Positions 37,326 to 46,551 of a DNA stretch of 64,000 nucleotides are shown here, piece by piece; the stretch's first letter is position 1, and each line of letters opens with the position of its first letter. Under the pieces are notes generated by a model that had not been told where the DNA came from, made no database searches, and worked only from the letters and a program-made list of their open reading frames with translations. The DNA lies in NCBI GenBank assembly GCA_037130425.1, contig JBAXTB010000001.1, positions 2,527 through 66,526 on the forward strand. The letters are read 5' to 3'. This stretch comes from Bacteroidota bacterium. Lineage in GTDB: Bacteria > Bacteroidota > Bacteroidia > Chitinophagales > Saprospiraceae. Both the position numbers and the translations under genes were made by a program.

Positions 37326-37740
37326 GCAATTTAAATTAGCACACACAGAAGTCCTTTACCTCCAATTTGAAAAAATAAATCATAGTGAGGTAGAGGCCGA
37401 TAAGGGAGGCGGTTTGGATGATCCATACAAACTGAAGTTAAGTGTTTTCCCTGACTCGAAGCATCCTGATATGTTTGGAGTGCTTTTTGATATAGAACTG
37501 ACACACCAGGATAGTTTTAAGATTAAATTGCACTATTTAGCATGGTTTGATGGTCCTAAGCCATTCCTCCAAGAAGATATTGAATCTCCTTTTGCGCTAA
37601 TTAATGCCCCTGCTATTGCCTTTCCATACTTACGCAGCTTTATATCGCTGCTTACCCTTAATGCTGGCTGCCCACCTGCATTTCTTCCCCCTATTAATTT
37701 TTTAAAAATGTATGAAGAGGCTAAAAGTGAAAAGCAATAG
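37326..37740 (+). CDS. SecB-like chaperone (138 aa)
   Basis: It aligns with SecB along its whole length. FKLAHTEVLYLQFEKIN corresponds to E. coli FQIQRIYTKDISFEAPN. NAPAIAFPYLRSFISLLTLNAGCPPAFLPPINF corresponds to [32 protein letters not shown]. The start is taken at ATG 37326; the ORF-track start 37300 overlaps the upstream gene. Confidence 0.8.
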
Positions 37741-37797
37741 CCAAATGCTTGGGTAGAAGCTTTATAAATAATGGCATACCCCACCTTGACGAAAAAC

Positions 37798-37836
37798 AAA
37801 AGGCTAAATGTCTGATTTGAGGACGTTTAGCCTTTT
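37798..37836 (+). terminator. strong rho-independent-type terminator of the three-gene operon
   Basis: AAAAGGCTAAATGTC pairs with GACGTTTAGCCTTTT: a 15-bp stem with one G:U and a 9-nt loop (37813-37821), followed by GTTTT. Confidence 0.7.
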
Positions 37837-38064
37837 GTTTTAGAAAATCCCCGACCTATTAAATGTGTATGTGTTTCCAAGGTGTACTCAAAGGCAGTGC
37901 AGGGCATTCACATTTTGCAGGAAACCAAAGCAGAACTTAAAAATCTTGAAAGGCAATTTAGGCCACCTCAAAGCCTGTCCGCCTGGGAACTATACCCAAA
38001 TCTGTACCTAAAAACAAAAAAGGCCAACATTCTGTCCTCCAGAATTTTGACCTTTAATTTTTTG

Positions 38065-38138
38065 CGGACTGGACGGGACTCGAACCCGCGACCTCCGCCG
38101 TGACAGGGCGGCATTCTAACCAGCTGAACTACCGATCC
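38065..38138 (-). tRNA. tRNA-Asp (anticodon GTC)
   Basis: The reverse complement reads GGATCGGTAGTTCAGCTGGTTAGAATGCCGCCCTGTCACGGCGGAGGTCGCGGGTTCGAGTCCCGTCCAGTCCG. It folds as a cloverleaf with anticodon loop CTGTCAC and is near-identical in the D and T arms to E. coli tRNA-Asp. There is one C:A mismatch in the acceptor stem. CCA is not encoded. Confidence 0.93.
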
Positions 38139-38335
38139 ATTGGTAATCTTTGTTCAGGGATGGCAAAAGTATCTATTTTTTTATTCACTCCAACTTCTTA
38201 AGCTAAAAAAAAGTTTACTTAACCCTTTCTGCTTCATAAACAGATAGATTCATTTTTCCAGTGTTCTAAACAATCACCGTTGATAAATAAGAAACGAATC
38301 CCAAAATCTCTAAAAACAAAAGCCTAAATGAAGTT

Positions 38336-38343
38336 TACCTTTG
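38336..38343 (+). promoter_or_regulatory. Bacteroidota-type -7 box (TAnnTTTG) upstream of thyA
   Basis: TACCTTTG lies 20 nt upstream of the thyA ATG. Confidence 0.35.
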
Positions 38344-38362
38344 CTCTGCCAAACATAATTCT

Positions 38363-39157
38363 ATGCAGCAGTATCAATCCTTATTAGCTCATATTTTGAA
38401 AAATGGAGCCCAAAAGCACGATCGCACCGGGACTGGAACAATCAGTTGCTTCGGGTATCAAATGCGTTTCGATTTAAATGATGGATTTCCTTTAATAACT
38501 ACCAAAAAGGTTCACCTTCGATCAATTATTCATGAATTACTTTGGTTTTTAAAAGGGGATACTAACATAGAGTATCTCAAACAAAATGGAGTTAGTATTT
38601 GGGATGAATGGGCCGATGAAAACGGAAATTTAGGTCCTGTTTACGGACATCAATGGCGATCATGGCCAGGAAAAAATGGAGAAACTATCGACCAGATAAG
38701 CAAGCTCATTCATATGATTCGGACGAATCCAGATTCTCGCCGACTCATTGTGAGCGCTTGGAATGTAGCCGATGTTGATCAAATGGCACTTCCTCCTTGT
38801 CATTGCTTTTTTCAATTTTATGTGGCTGAAGGGAAATTGAGTTGCCAACTTTATCAGCGAAGCGCAGATACTTTTCTTGGTGTTCCTTTCAATATTGCCT
38901 CTTATGCCTTGTTAACATTGATGGTAGCTCAAGTTTGCGGTTTAAAACCCGGTGAGTTTGTTCATTCTTTTGGTGATGTTCACTTATATAACAATCACGT
39001 TGATCAAGCTCGATTACAACTTAGTAGAGAACCTCGCCCTCTACCTGTTATGAAACTAAATCCTGAAGTAAAAGAATTGTTCGATTTTACTTTTGAAGAT
39101 TTTACATTAGAAGGCTACGATCCTCATCCTGCCATTAAAGCTGCTGTTGCCATATGA
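38363..39157 (+). CDS. thyA: thymidylate synthase
   Basis: 264 aa with [27 protein letters not shown] and YQRSAD motifs; full-length ThyA. Confidence 0.97.
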   Translation: MQQYQSLLAHILKNGAQKHDRTGTGTISCFGYQMRFDLNDGFPLITTKKVHLRSIIHELLWFLKGDTNIEYLKQNGVSIWDEWADENGNLGPVYGHQWRSWPGKNGETIDQISKLIHMIRTNPDSRRLIVSAWNVADVDQMALPPCHCFFQFYVAEGKLSCQLYQRSADTFLGVPFNIASYALLTLMVAQVCGLKPGEFVHSFGDVHLYNNHVDQARLQLSREPRPLPVMKLNPEVKELFDFTFEDFTLEGYDPHPAIKAAVAI

Positions 39158-39642
39158 TAATTTCCATCGTAGTTGCAACAGGAAAAAATGGGGAAATTGG
39201 AAAAGACAATAGACTACTTTGGCATTTGCCAGCCGATTTAAAATATTTTAAAAATCTCACCACTGGGCATCCTATAATCATGGGGCGTCATACATTCGAA
39301 AGCATTGGGAAAGCGCTGCCTAATCGACGAAACATTATCATCACCCGTCAAAACGATTATCAAGCTAATGGTGTTGATGTAGTTCATTCTCTCGAAGATG
39401 CTATCAATCTCGTAAAAGATCAACCCGAAATTATGGTGATTGGTGGAGCTGATGTGTATAATCAGGCACTTCCCATAGCAAATCGGATTTATATCACTCG
39501 CGTAGATATTGAACCAGAAGCTGATCGCTATTTCCCAGAGTTAGATCCTGACGATTGGAATATTCATGTCGACATTGCTTATCCTGCAGATGATTTGAAT
39601 GTGTACTCACTTACTTTCCAAATGCTGGAAAGGAAACAATAA
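39154..39642 (+). CDS. folA: dihydrofolate reductase
   Basis: 162 aa with IVA....IG..N.LPW and GRHTFESIG motifs. ATGA overlap with thyA. Confidence 0.95.
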   Translation: MIISIVVATGKNGEIGKDNRLLWHLPADLKYFKNLTTGHPIIMGRHTFESIGKALPNRRNIIITRQNDYQANGVDVVHSLEDAINLVKDQPEIMVIGGADVYNQALPIANRIYITRVDIEPEADRYFPELDPDDWNIHVDIAYPADDLNVYSLTFQMLERKQ

Positions 39643-41602
39643 AATCTTGCTAAACGAAAAACAAAAGTCGCTGTTAATCGATGTTGTCGAAACGTTTGTT
39701 GAAGTTTCGTCAGAGAAACCAATTTTTAATCTCCCGGAAATAGCGAATCGGATTGCTTTGGTGCTTAATGAAAAATCACCCGAAGAACAAGCCGATTTCA
39801 AACAACTTTTAACACTTCTTGATTCATCGTTCCTTGGATTCACCTGGAATGGACCAATTCGTTCATTTTCACAATTAAACAAATCACAACGAGAGGAATT
39901 ATTTCAATCTTGGTCAAATTCAAAATTTACCTTAATCCGAAAAGGGTATCAAGCTTTAAAAAAACTCTGTTCATTTATCGCATTTTCACAAACGGATGAA
40001 TTAGGAAATAGCTTCTCAAAATCAATCACTCAGTATAAAGGATCACCTATATCAGAAAAAGGAATTCCTCCAATTCAATCATTACAATTTCTCAATCCAA
40101 GTTCAAACATACGCTGTGAAGTTTTAATTATAGGATCTGGAGCTGGTGGTGGTGTTGCAGCTTCACGTTTCGCTAAAGCTGGAAATGAGGTTGTAATTGT
40201 TGAAAAAGGTCCTTGGATTCCCGAATCTGCTATGAGCAATCTTGAAGCGGAAATGGTGAGTCAACTGTATGAAGAACGAGGAGCTCTGAGTTCGGCAGAT
40301 GGCGCCATGACTGTTTTTGCAGGTGCCTGTTTAGGTGGTGGGACAACCATAAATTGGCAAGCTTGTATCAAAACACCCGAGTATGTTTTGGAAGAATGGG
40401 CGGAAGAAAGTGGAATTGAAGATTTTGTAAAACCGATTTATCAGAAACATCTACAACGTGTTTGGGATCGTATTGGTGCTGGATCAGAAAAAATCATTCA
40501 TAATAGAAATAACCAACATTTAATTTCGGGCAGTATCGCGCTTGGGCAAGAAGTCAATGAAATTGCCAAGAATAGCTCTCATTGCAATCATGATGATGCA
40601 TATCGCTGTGGTTGGTGCGGTTTCGGATGCAAACAAGGTAACAAACAAAGTAGTTTAAAAACATTCATCCAAGACGCAACTGATCATGGTGCTAAAATTC
40701 TTGATCGAACATCTATTGATCGATTGATTTTCAATGGAAATAACATTCAAGGTGCAATTGGCATCCATACGGATATAAATGGAAAACAAACCCATGTCCG
40801 AATTGAAGCAAAACGAGTTATTGTATCAGCCGGAAGTATTCATTCACCCGCACTTTTGCTCCGTAGTGGAATTCGTCACCCTCAACTCGGAAAAAATCTC
40901 TATTTGCATCCCGTTGTTCCTGTTTCTGCTATTTATAAGGAAACGATTGAAGCCTGGACTGGAGCTATGATGACAAGTACAAATGACGAATACATTCGAC
41001 TAAATGGTCGCTATGGCTACAAAATAGAAACACCGCCTCCTCATCCCGGTTTATTGGCTTTAGGGATGCCTTGGAAAAGTGCCAAGTCGTTTCAAGAACG
41101 TATGTCACAAATTCAAAATTTAGGCGTTTTTATTGTGTTGAGTCGCGATCAGTTTGGTGGTGAAATCAAACTAAGCAGAGATGGAAGACCAATCATACAT
41201 TATGATCTGCATCCCAATGATCAAATAACATTGATGCATGGAATGATGAATGCAGCTCGAATTCATGCAGCAGCAGGTGCAATAGAAATCGCTTTACCTC
41301 ATAATAATCCAACCTATCTTCCATCGGATATAGTTAAGAATGATGATAAATTTAATGCAATCGTTCAAGATATGCGCTGGAAAAAAGGAGACTTTACACT
41401 ATTCAGTGCACATCAAATGGGGACTTGTCGTATGGGGAATTCGTATGTAAACGATGTCGTAAACCCCGATGGAAAAGTATGGGGATTAAATGGATTGTAT
41501 GTGATGGATGCAAGTGTTTTCCCCAGATGCAGCGGAGTAAACCCAATGATTAGTATTCTCGCACTGAGCGATTACATGTGTAGTCGACTATTAGGAGATT
41601 AG
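39599..41602 (+). CDS. GMC-family FAD oxidoreductase with an N-terminal extension of about 170 aa
   Basis: FAD fold IIGSGAGGGVAA, GMC body and C-terminal HQMGTCRMG signature. The start is uncertain: ATG 39599 overlaps folA by 44 nt, and an in-frame TTG at 39647 is the alternative. Confidence 0.85.
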   Translation: MCTHLLSKCWKGNNKILLNEKQKSLLIDVVETFVEVSSEKPIFNLPEIANRIALVLNEKSPEEQADFKQLLTLLDSSFLGFTWNGPIRSFSQLNKSQREELFQSWSNSKFTLIRKGYQALKKLCSFIAFSQTDELGNSFSKSITQYKGSPISEKGIPPIQSLQFLNPSSNIRCEVLIIGSGAGGGVAASRFAKAGNEVVIVEKGPWIPESAMSNLEAEMVSQLYEERGALSSADGAMTVFAGACLGGGTTINWQACIKTPEYVLEEWAEESGIEDFVKPIYQKHLQRVWDRIGAGSEKIIHNRNNQHLISGSIALGQEVNEIAKNSSHCNHDDAYRCGWCGFGCKQGNKQSSLKTFIQDATDHGAKILDRTSIDRLIFNGNNIQGAIGIHTDINGKQTHVRIEAKRVIVSAGSIHSPALLLRSGIRHPQLGKNLYLHPVVPVSAIYKETIEAWTGAMMTSTNDEYIRLNGRYGYKIETPPPHPGLLALGMPWKSAKSFQERMSQIQNLGVFIVLSRDQFGGEIKLSRDGRPIIHYDLHPNDQITLMHGMMNAARIHAAAGAIEIALPHNNPTYLPSDIVKNDDKFNAIVQDMRWKKGDFTLFSAHQMGTCRMGNSYVNDVVNPDGKVWGLNGLYVMDASVFPRCSGVNPMISILALSDYMCSRLLGD

Positions 41603-42333
41603 AAAATATCGAATTTGTTTCCCTTTTCCTTTAATTGAAGATAATGTTCATTATCGAAACGATATAACATAGGTGCTTTCCCACTTTCTTCCCATGGACT
41701 ATACGTTTCACCCGTTTCTATAATGACATCTTGACCCAATATTTTACGACGAAAATTGCGCTTATCTAACTCGTGACCAAGAACTGCTTCATACATTTCC
41801 TGAACATGTTTAATGGTGAATTTTTCAGGCAATAAGTCGAATCCTGCTAATTGTGTACTCATTTTAGCAAGCAAACGTCGATGAGCAGCGTCAACAATGT
41901 CATTATGATCGAATGCCAAGCTTGGAATAGATTTCAGTTCAAACCAATCGGCCGATTTATGTTCTTCGCTTGGCTCAAACTTTCTACATTGTTGAACATC
42001 AACAAAGCAATAATATCCAATGCTCACTACTCGACCTAATGGATGGCGAGAAGTATCAGTAAACGCTCTGATTTGTTTTTTATAAAAACGACCCGTTCCA
42101 GTAATTTGATGCACAATCTGATCGACCTTCTCTTGCATCGAATCGTTTGGATAAACTAATTCGGCTGGTAATGAATAAGTATTTTTAAATGGATCGCGAG
42201 TTCTTTTAACAAGCAATACATGGATCTTCTTATTCATTAATCCAAAGATGACACACGAAACTGAAAATGCCGAACGAAAATAATGATTCAACTCATCTGT
42301 TGGAGCAAATCGATACGATGTCATTTTGTCCAT
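41599..42333 (-). CDS. NrtR-like regulator (Nudix-fold domain plus C-terminal winged-helix)
   Basis: Nudix-like core without an intact catalytic box. The C-terminal LLPEKFTIKHVQEMYEAVLGHELDKRNFRRKIL is typical of the NrtR/AraR (Bacteroides) family. The first ATG is at 42333. Confidence 0.75.
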   Translation of the reverse strand: MDKMTSYRFAPTDELNHYFRSAFSVSCVIFGLMNKKIHVLLVKRTRDPFKNTYSLPAELVYPNDSMQEKVDQIVHQITGTGRFYKKQIRAFTDTSRHPLGRVVSIGYYCFVDVQQCRKFEPSEEHKSADWFELKSIPSLAFDHNDIVDAAHRRLLAKMSTQLAGFDLLPEKFTIKHVQEMYEAVLGHELDKRNFRRKILGQDVIIETGETYSPWEESGKAPMLYRFDNEHYLQLKEKGNKFDIF

Positions 42334-42524
42334 AAAACCTATATTTAAGTGTCGACATTGCAAATATACGCCAACATTTTTAGCTACTCTACATCAATAC
42401 TCGATATTATATTATCATATTAATAATAATCAATTTCATTCTTCCGATTTAACTTTTTATGAAAATGCAAAAGAAATTAAATGAAGTCTATTCAGGGCTT
42501 AACCAAAAATGATTAAACTAAATT

Positions 42525-43091
42525 TTATACAGAAATATTGGCCTTAAAAATTTTAATCGCAATGGCTAAGAGGATGACTCCAAAAAACTTACGGATCACA
42601 AAGAGTCCACTTTTCCCGAGTTTTCGTTCAAGGAAATTGATGGATTTAAGGACAATATATACTGCAATTAAATTGATTAATATTCCAATGAGAATATTGT
42701 ATACACTAAAATTAGCTCTTAATGACATAACGGTTGTTAATGTTCCGGAGCCAGCAATGATTGGAAATGCAATAGGTATAATACTTCCAGATTTTACTTC
42801 AGGATCTTGGCGAAATAACTCAATTCCCAAGACCATTTCCAAACCCATAATAAAGATAACAATCGAGCCAGCTACGGCAAAAGAATTAATATCAACCCCT
42901 AGAATTTCGAGAAGTTTTGTCCCAAAAATGAGAAACAATATCATCAATATTCCAGATGCTAACGTGGCCTTACCTGAATCGATTTCCCCCAAACGACTTT
43001 TCATAGAAATGAGAACGGGGACAGCGCCTACAACATCAATAATGGCAAAAAGAGTAACTGTAATGGTTATTATTTCTTCCAAATTAAACAT
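42525..43091 (-). CDS. MarC-family (UPF0056) integral membrane protein
   Basis: 188 aa with six hydrophobic spans and FAIIDVVGAVPV and IAFPIIAGSG motifs. Confidence 0.85.
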   Translation of the reverse strand: MFNLEEIITITVTLFAIIDVVGAVPVLISMKSRLGEIDSGKATLASGILMILFLIFGTKLLEILGVDINSFAVAGSIVIFIMGLEMVLGIELFRQDPEVKSGSIIPIAFPIIAGSGTLTTVMSLRANFSVYNILIGILINLIAVYIVLKSINFLERKLGKSGLFVIRKFFGVILLAIAIKIFKANISV

Positions 43092-43137
43092 AGTCGATAC
43101 GGATTGAGAATTACAAAAGTACCCAAATGAACAATGC

Positions 43138-44154
43138 TTAATGGATATCTAAATCAGTAAACGTCTTTTTCCCTTTGATAAAATAATCGGCTACAATCGA
43201 ACCCATATAAACTCCGGTACTATTTCGGTTGCGTTCTAGTGCTTTTAATTTTCTCCTTTTTTGACTTATAGATGGTAACTTTCTGTAAAAATGTAAGTGT
43301 GCTCGAATGATTGCATAGAAATGACTAAAACCATTAGTAAATAAAAATTTAAAGGCAGCGATACCATCCAAAGTCATTCGCATAAATAGACTTCGGAACA
43401 GGTATTTATCTTCAATATTTTTATAAATTAATTCAAGGTTATTTCTAAAATTGAGATAGGTCTTTCGCCAATTCGATTTTGAAAGTGTACCACCTCCTAT
43501 ATGGAAAACAACAGAAGAAGGTTCGACCATAATTTTATACCCTCTATTCTTCATCCGCCAGCACAAATCAATTTCTTCCATGTGAGCAAAAAACAACTCA
43601 TCAAAACCTTCACACTCATGGAAAATTGAAGCCCTCACAAACATACAAGCTCCTGATGCCCAAAAAACTTCTCGTGCATCATCATATTGCCCTTGATCAA
43701 TTTCGCATTCTTCGAAAATTCGTCCTCGACAAAATGGAAAACCCAAACGATCTAAATAACCTCCTGCTGCTCCTGCATATTCAAACTGATCTCGGTGTTT
43801 GAAAGCTCTAATTTTAGGTTGAATAGCAGCTATGAGTTGATCACGCTCAAAGCAATTTATAACTGGTTCTATCCATTGAGGTGTAACTTCGATATCGGAA
43901 TTTAACAATACATAATAATCAGCATCAACTTGAGATAATGCCTCATTATATCCACCCGCATATCCATTATTACTTGAATTTTCAATTATTGTAACACTTG
44001 GGAAAGCATTTCTTACAAATGAAACAGAATGATCAGTTGATGCATTATCGGCTACAACAATTTCTGCATTGGGAGAACATGCAATTACTTTAGGTAGAAA
44101 CTGTTCCAACAGGTGCTTTCCATTCCAATTAAGAATAACAACTGCCGTTTTCAT
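43138..44154 (-). CDS. family 2 glycosyltransferase
   Basis: The N-terminus is VVILNWNG...VVADNASTDHS, with a later DxD-type motif (NSDIEV). Confidence 0.88.
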   Translation of the reverse strand: MKTAVVILNWNGKHLLEQFLPKVIACSPNAEIVVADNASTDHSVSFVRNAFPSVTIIENSSNNGYAGGYNEALSQVDADYYVLLNSDIEVTPQWIEPVINCFERDQLIAAIQPKIRAFKHRDQFEYAGAAGGYLDRLGFPFCRGRIFEECEIDQGQYDDAREVFWASGACMFVRASIFHECEGFDELFFAHMEEIDLCWRMKNRGYKIMVEPSSVVFHIGGGTLSKSNWRKTYLNFRNNLELIYKNIEDKYLFRSLFMRMTLDGIAAFKFLFTNGFSHFYAIIRAHLHFYRKLPSISQKRRKLKALERNRNSTGVYMGSIVADYFIKGKKTFTDLDIH

Positions 44155-45014
44155 TCGGGACGTTTATGTTTCCAGCGTTTATGAGACCAAAGCCAATTGC
44201 CCGGTTGTTCAATAATAAGTCTTTCTAATGCACGAAGATGCATTTCGGTTATTTTATATTCAGCTTCTGCTTTTGGATTCTCTGTCAATTCTTGTATCTC
44301 CAAAGTATAATACCCCCTTTTTACTCGTCGCATTGCTAAAAACACAACAACATGTCCAGTCGATTTAGCAATACGTTCTGCTCCCATAAAAACGGGTGTG
44401 TCCTGATGAAGAAAAGTTGTCCAATAAGCATTTTCGGGATGAGGAGCCTGATCAGCAACGAGTAAAGAAATGACAGGTACTTTTGAAGATGCAATTGAGC
44501 GAAAGGTGTGTTGCATTGATATTAATTCAGAACCATTGAGTTGACGAATTTCTTTCATCAATCGATCCATCAATTCACTTGAAAGAGGTTTATAGGTAAC
44601 AAGTGATCGCATGTCCATCACAGCTTTCAACCCCACACCCATCCATTCCCAATTACCATAATGTCCTGATACAGCTAAAATACTTCTTCCTTCTTTCTTA
44701 TATTTATTCAAGAGTTCTGGGTTAATAAGCTTCACTCTAGAAGGAATAAGTTCCGGATTCAAACTGAGCATTTTAAACGATTCAACCATGATATCGGTAA
44801 AATTCAGATAAAAATCTTTAGCTATTTCATTTAATTCTTTTTCACTCTTTTCGGGGAATGATGTTTTGAGGTTTAACATTACAACCTCTTTACGATATCC
44901 TACTATTACACGAGTAAACCAAGCAAGAAAACTGGAAAGCGGATACAGCAAAAAGAGCGGTATTTGAGCGATTAAAAAGCCGCCACCTCGGAGCAAATAG
45001 TATGAAAATTTCAC
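44151..45014 (-). CDS. LpxL/HtrB-type lipid A (lysophospholipid) acyltransferase
   Basis: N-terminal transmembrane span; SGHYGNWEW catalytic His motif. 4-bp overlaps with both neighbouring genes. Confidence 0.82.
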   Translation of the reverse strand: MKFSYYLLRGGGFLIAQIPLFLLYPLSSFLAWFTRVIVGYRKEVVMLNLKTSFPEKSEKELNEIAKDFYLNFTDIMVESFKMLSLNPELIPSRVKLINPELLNKYKKEGRSILAVSGHYGNWEWMGVGLKAVMDMRSLVTYKPLSSELMDRLMKEIRQLNGSELISMQHTFRSIASSKVPVISLLVADQAPHPENAYWTTFLHQDTPVFMGAERIAKSTGHVVVFLAMRRVKRGYYTLEIQELTENPKAEAEYKITEMHLRALERLIIEQPGNWLWSHKRWKHKRPE

Positions 45015-46483
45015 CTCGGTGCTTGATAGTTTTGTTGAATCTGTGATCCAAACCGACTTGATGGAGATGTTTGATCTATATCATTTGTTTGAGTATCACG
45101 CTTATAAATTAAGAGCTGCCATTGATCGTTCATAATTTCCCCCAAGGCATCTGAATGAATTAATTTATAATCATTGGTTACAAGATCTGGATTGTAAAAA
45201 ATAAAGCGTCTGTTCGATTGGTTTTTTACTTTATAATATTGCCAAATCTCGTAGGGATAAGCACTTGGTTCATGAGGCATCATCGTGCGATTATCGGGAG
45301 GACCGTATTGCAAATAAACTCGCCCTCTATCTGTGTTGTATCCTTTACGAATAGATGTTGAAAACTCCTTTACAACCTTACGTACTTCGAGAAAATACTT
45401 CTCCCATGCTTCTTGTGGATGTTGATTATCACGATTCAGCCAAAAAGAAAGCATGTATTGTTGCATCTGCTGAAGATCTTTTCCTTTGATAACATTGCTA
45501 GCAATGTTCTTCTCAAGCTCATACGATATTGGATATAAACATCGAATATGTTCGGCTAAACTATCTGGGTTTTTATAGAATGAAACAAAACTTCCTAAAA
45601 CATTTATTTGAGTATATTGATTAGGATCGATCGTTTCATTTGGATTTGATCGTGCAAAATTAAGTTGCTTGGTGGCTCTTACTAAATTGTCTTTATCACG
45701 AATTTCAATTAACAATGAATAATTTCCACTAGGTAAATTTTTAATGTCAAACTCTTTCATCATAACATTGACTTCTGATGCCGTGAAACGAGTAAAGCCA
45801 GAGTAATTGGTTAACTGTTGACCATTACTTAAATCACGAATAAAAAAATTGCATAAATATTTTTGACCTTCTCCAAGAAATGCAAGTGTTTGATAAATCT
45901 CCGTGTAAAAAATCAACTTACTTTCATCTTTAATAAATACATCACCAACGTGCGGTATTAAATCATATCCTCCTTTAGATAGATTTCCTGGCTTTTCAGT
46001 TTTTGTATAAGATTCAACAAATTGAATATCAGAAACTGCAATGGAATCTCTTGGAAAATTGATTGAAAGTGGAAGTGACGTTTCAACAGGTTCGTTACTA
46101 CTATTTAAATCACGAATACGAAGCCCAAGCTCATATACTCCAGCTCCAAGCGGAATACGTTGTTGATCTATGAAATTAAAACTCACATGAAGAGAATCGT
46201 CTGTTTCCGGACTCAGTAAATTATATTTATCGGCATATTTTATTTGATCACCTTGATTAACAGTGAGAATTACTTCAATGGTTCCTTGAAATTTACCAGA
46301 AGATGTTTTCTTAAAAACAACACTAGAACCATTTACCATGATGTAAGTTTCTACATAAGGCTTATGTCCATTCATCTGAAATACAGCATGGGAAAAAATA
46401 GCCTGAATTGAATTTCCTCCATTTTCAGCTAATGAAAGAAATGGAATTAGAAAAGAAAGAAGTAAAATATAAAAGCTTCTCAT
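45011..46483 (-). CDS. GWxTD domain-containing protein
   Basis: Signal peptide; GYNTDRGRVYLQYGPPD matches the GWxTD signature region. Confidence 0.8.
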   Translation of the reverse strand: MRSFYILLLSFLIPFLSLAENGGNSIQAIFSHAVFQMNGHKPYVETYIMVNGSSVVFKKTSSGKFQGTIEVILTVNQGDQIKYADKYNLLSPETDDSLHVSFNFIDQQRIPLGAGVYELGLRIRDLNSSNEPVETSLPLSINFPRDSIAVSDIQFVESYTKTEKPGNLSKGGYDLIPHVGDVFIKDESKLIFYTEIYQTLAFLGEGQKYLCNFFIRDLSNGQQLTNYSGFTRFTASEVNVMMKEFDIKNLPSGNYSLLIEIRDKDNLVRATKQLNFARSNPNETIDPNQYTQINVLGSFVSFYKNPDSLAEHIRCLYPISYELEKNIASNVIKGKDLQQMQQYMLSFWLNRDNQHPQEAWEKYFLEVRKVVKEFSTSIRKGYNTDRGRVYLQYGPPDNRTMMPHEPSAYPYEIWQYYKVKNQSNRRFIFYNPDLVTNDYKLIHSDALGEIMNDQWQLLIYKRDTQTNDIDQTSPSSRFGSQIQQNYQAPR

Positions 46484-46551
46484 GATTAGTATTTATACAA
46501 AAGTACCTGATTCAGTTCATGTATTCAACAACAATTTCAAAGGATAATCGC

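Noticed and set aside
37882-38103. A 73-codon ORF between the operon terminator and thyA. I also looked here for an integrase remnant next to the tRNA.
   Set aside because: Its 3' end runs into the tRNA-Asp gene on the opposite strand. Reading all frames of 37840-38063 by eye showed no recombinase-like motif, so this is treated as non-coding spacer.
42538-43107. A 189-codon plus-strand ORF opposite the MarC-family gene.
   Set aside because: The minus-strand product has the regular six-span membrane pattern and MarC motifs. The plus-strand product is a mirror artefact of AT-rich membrane-protein DNA.
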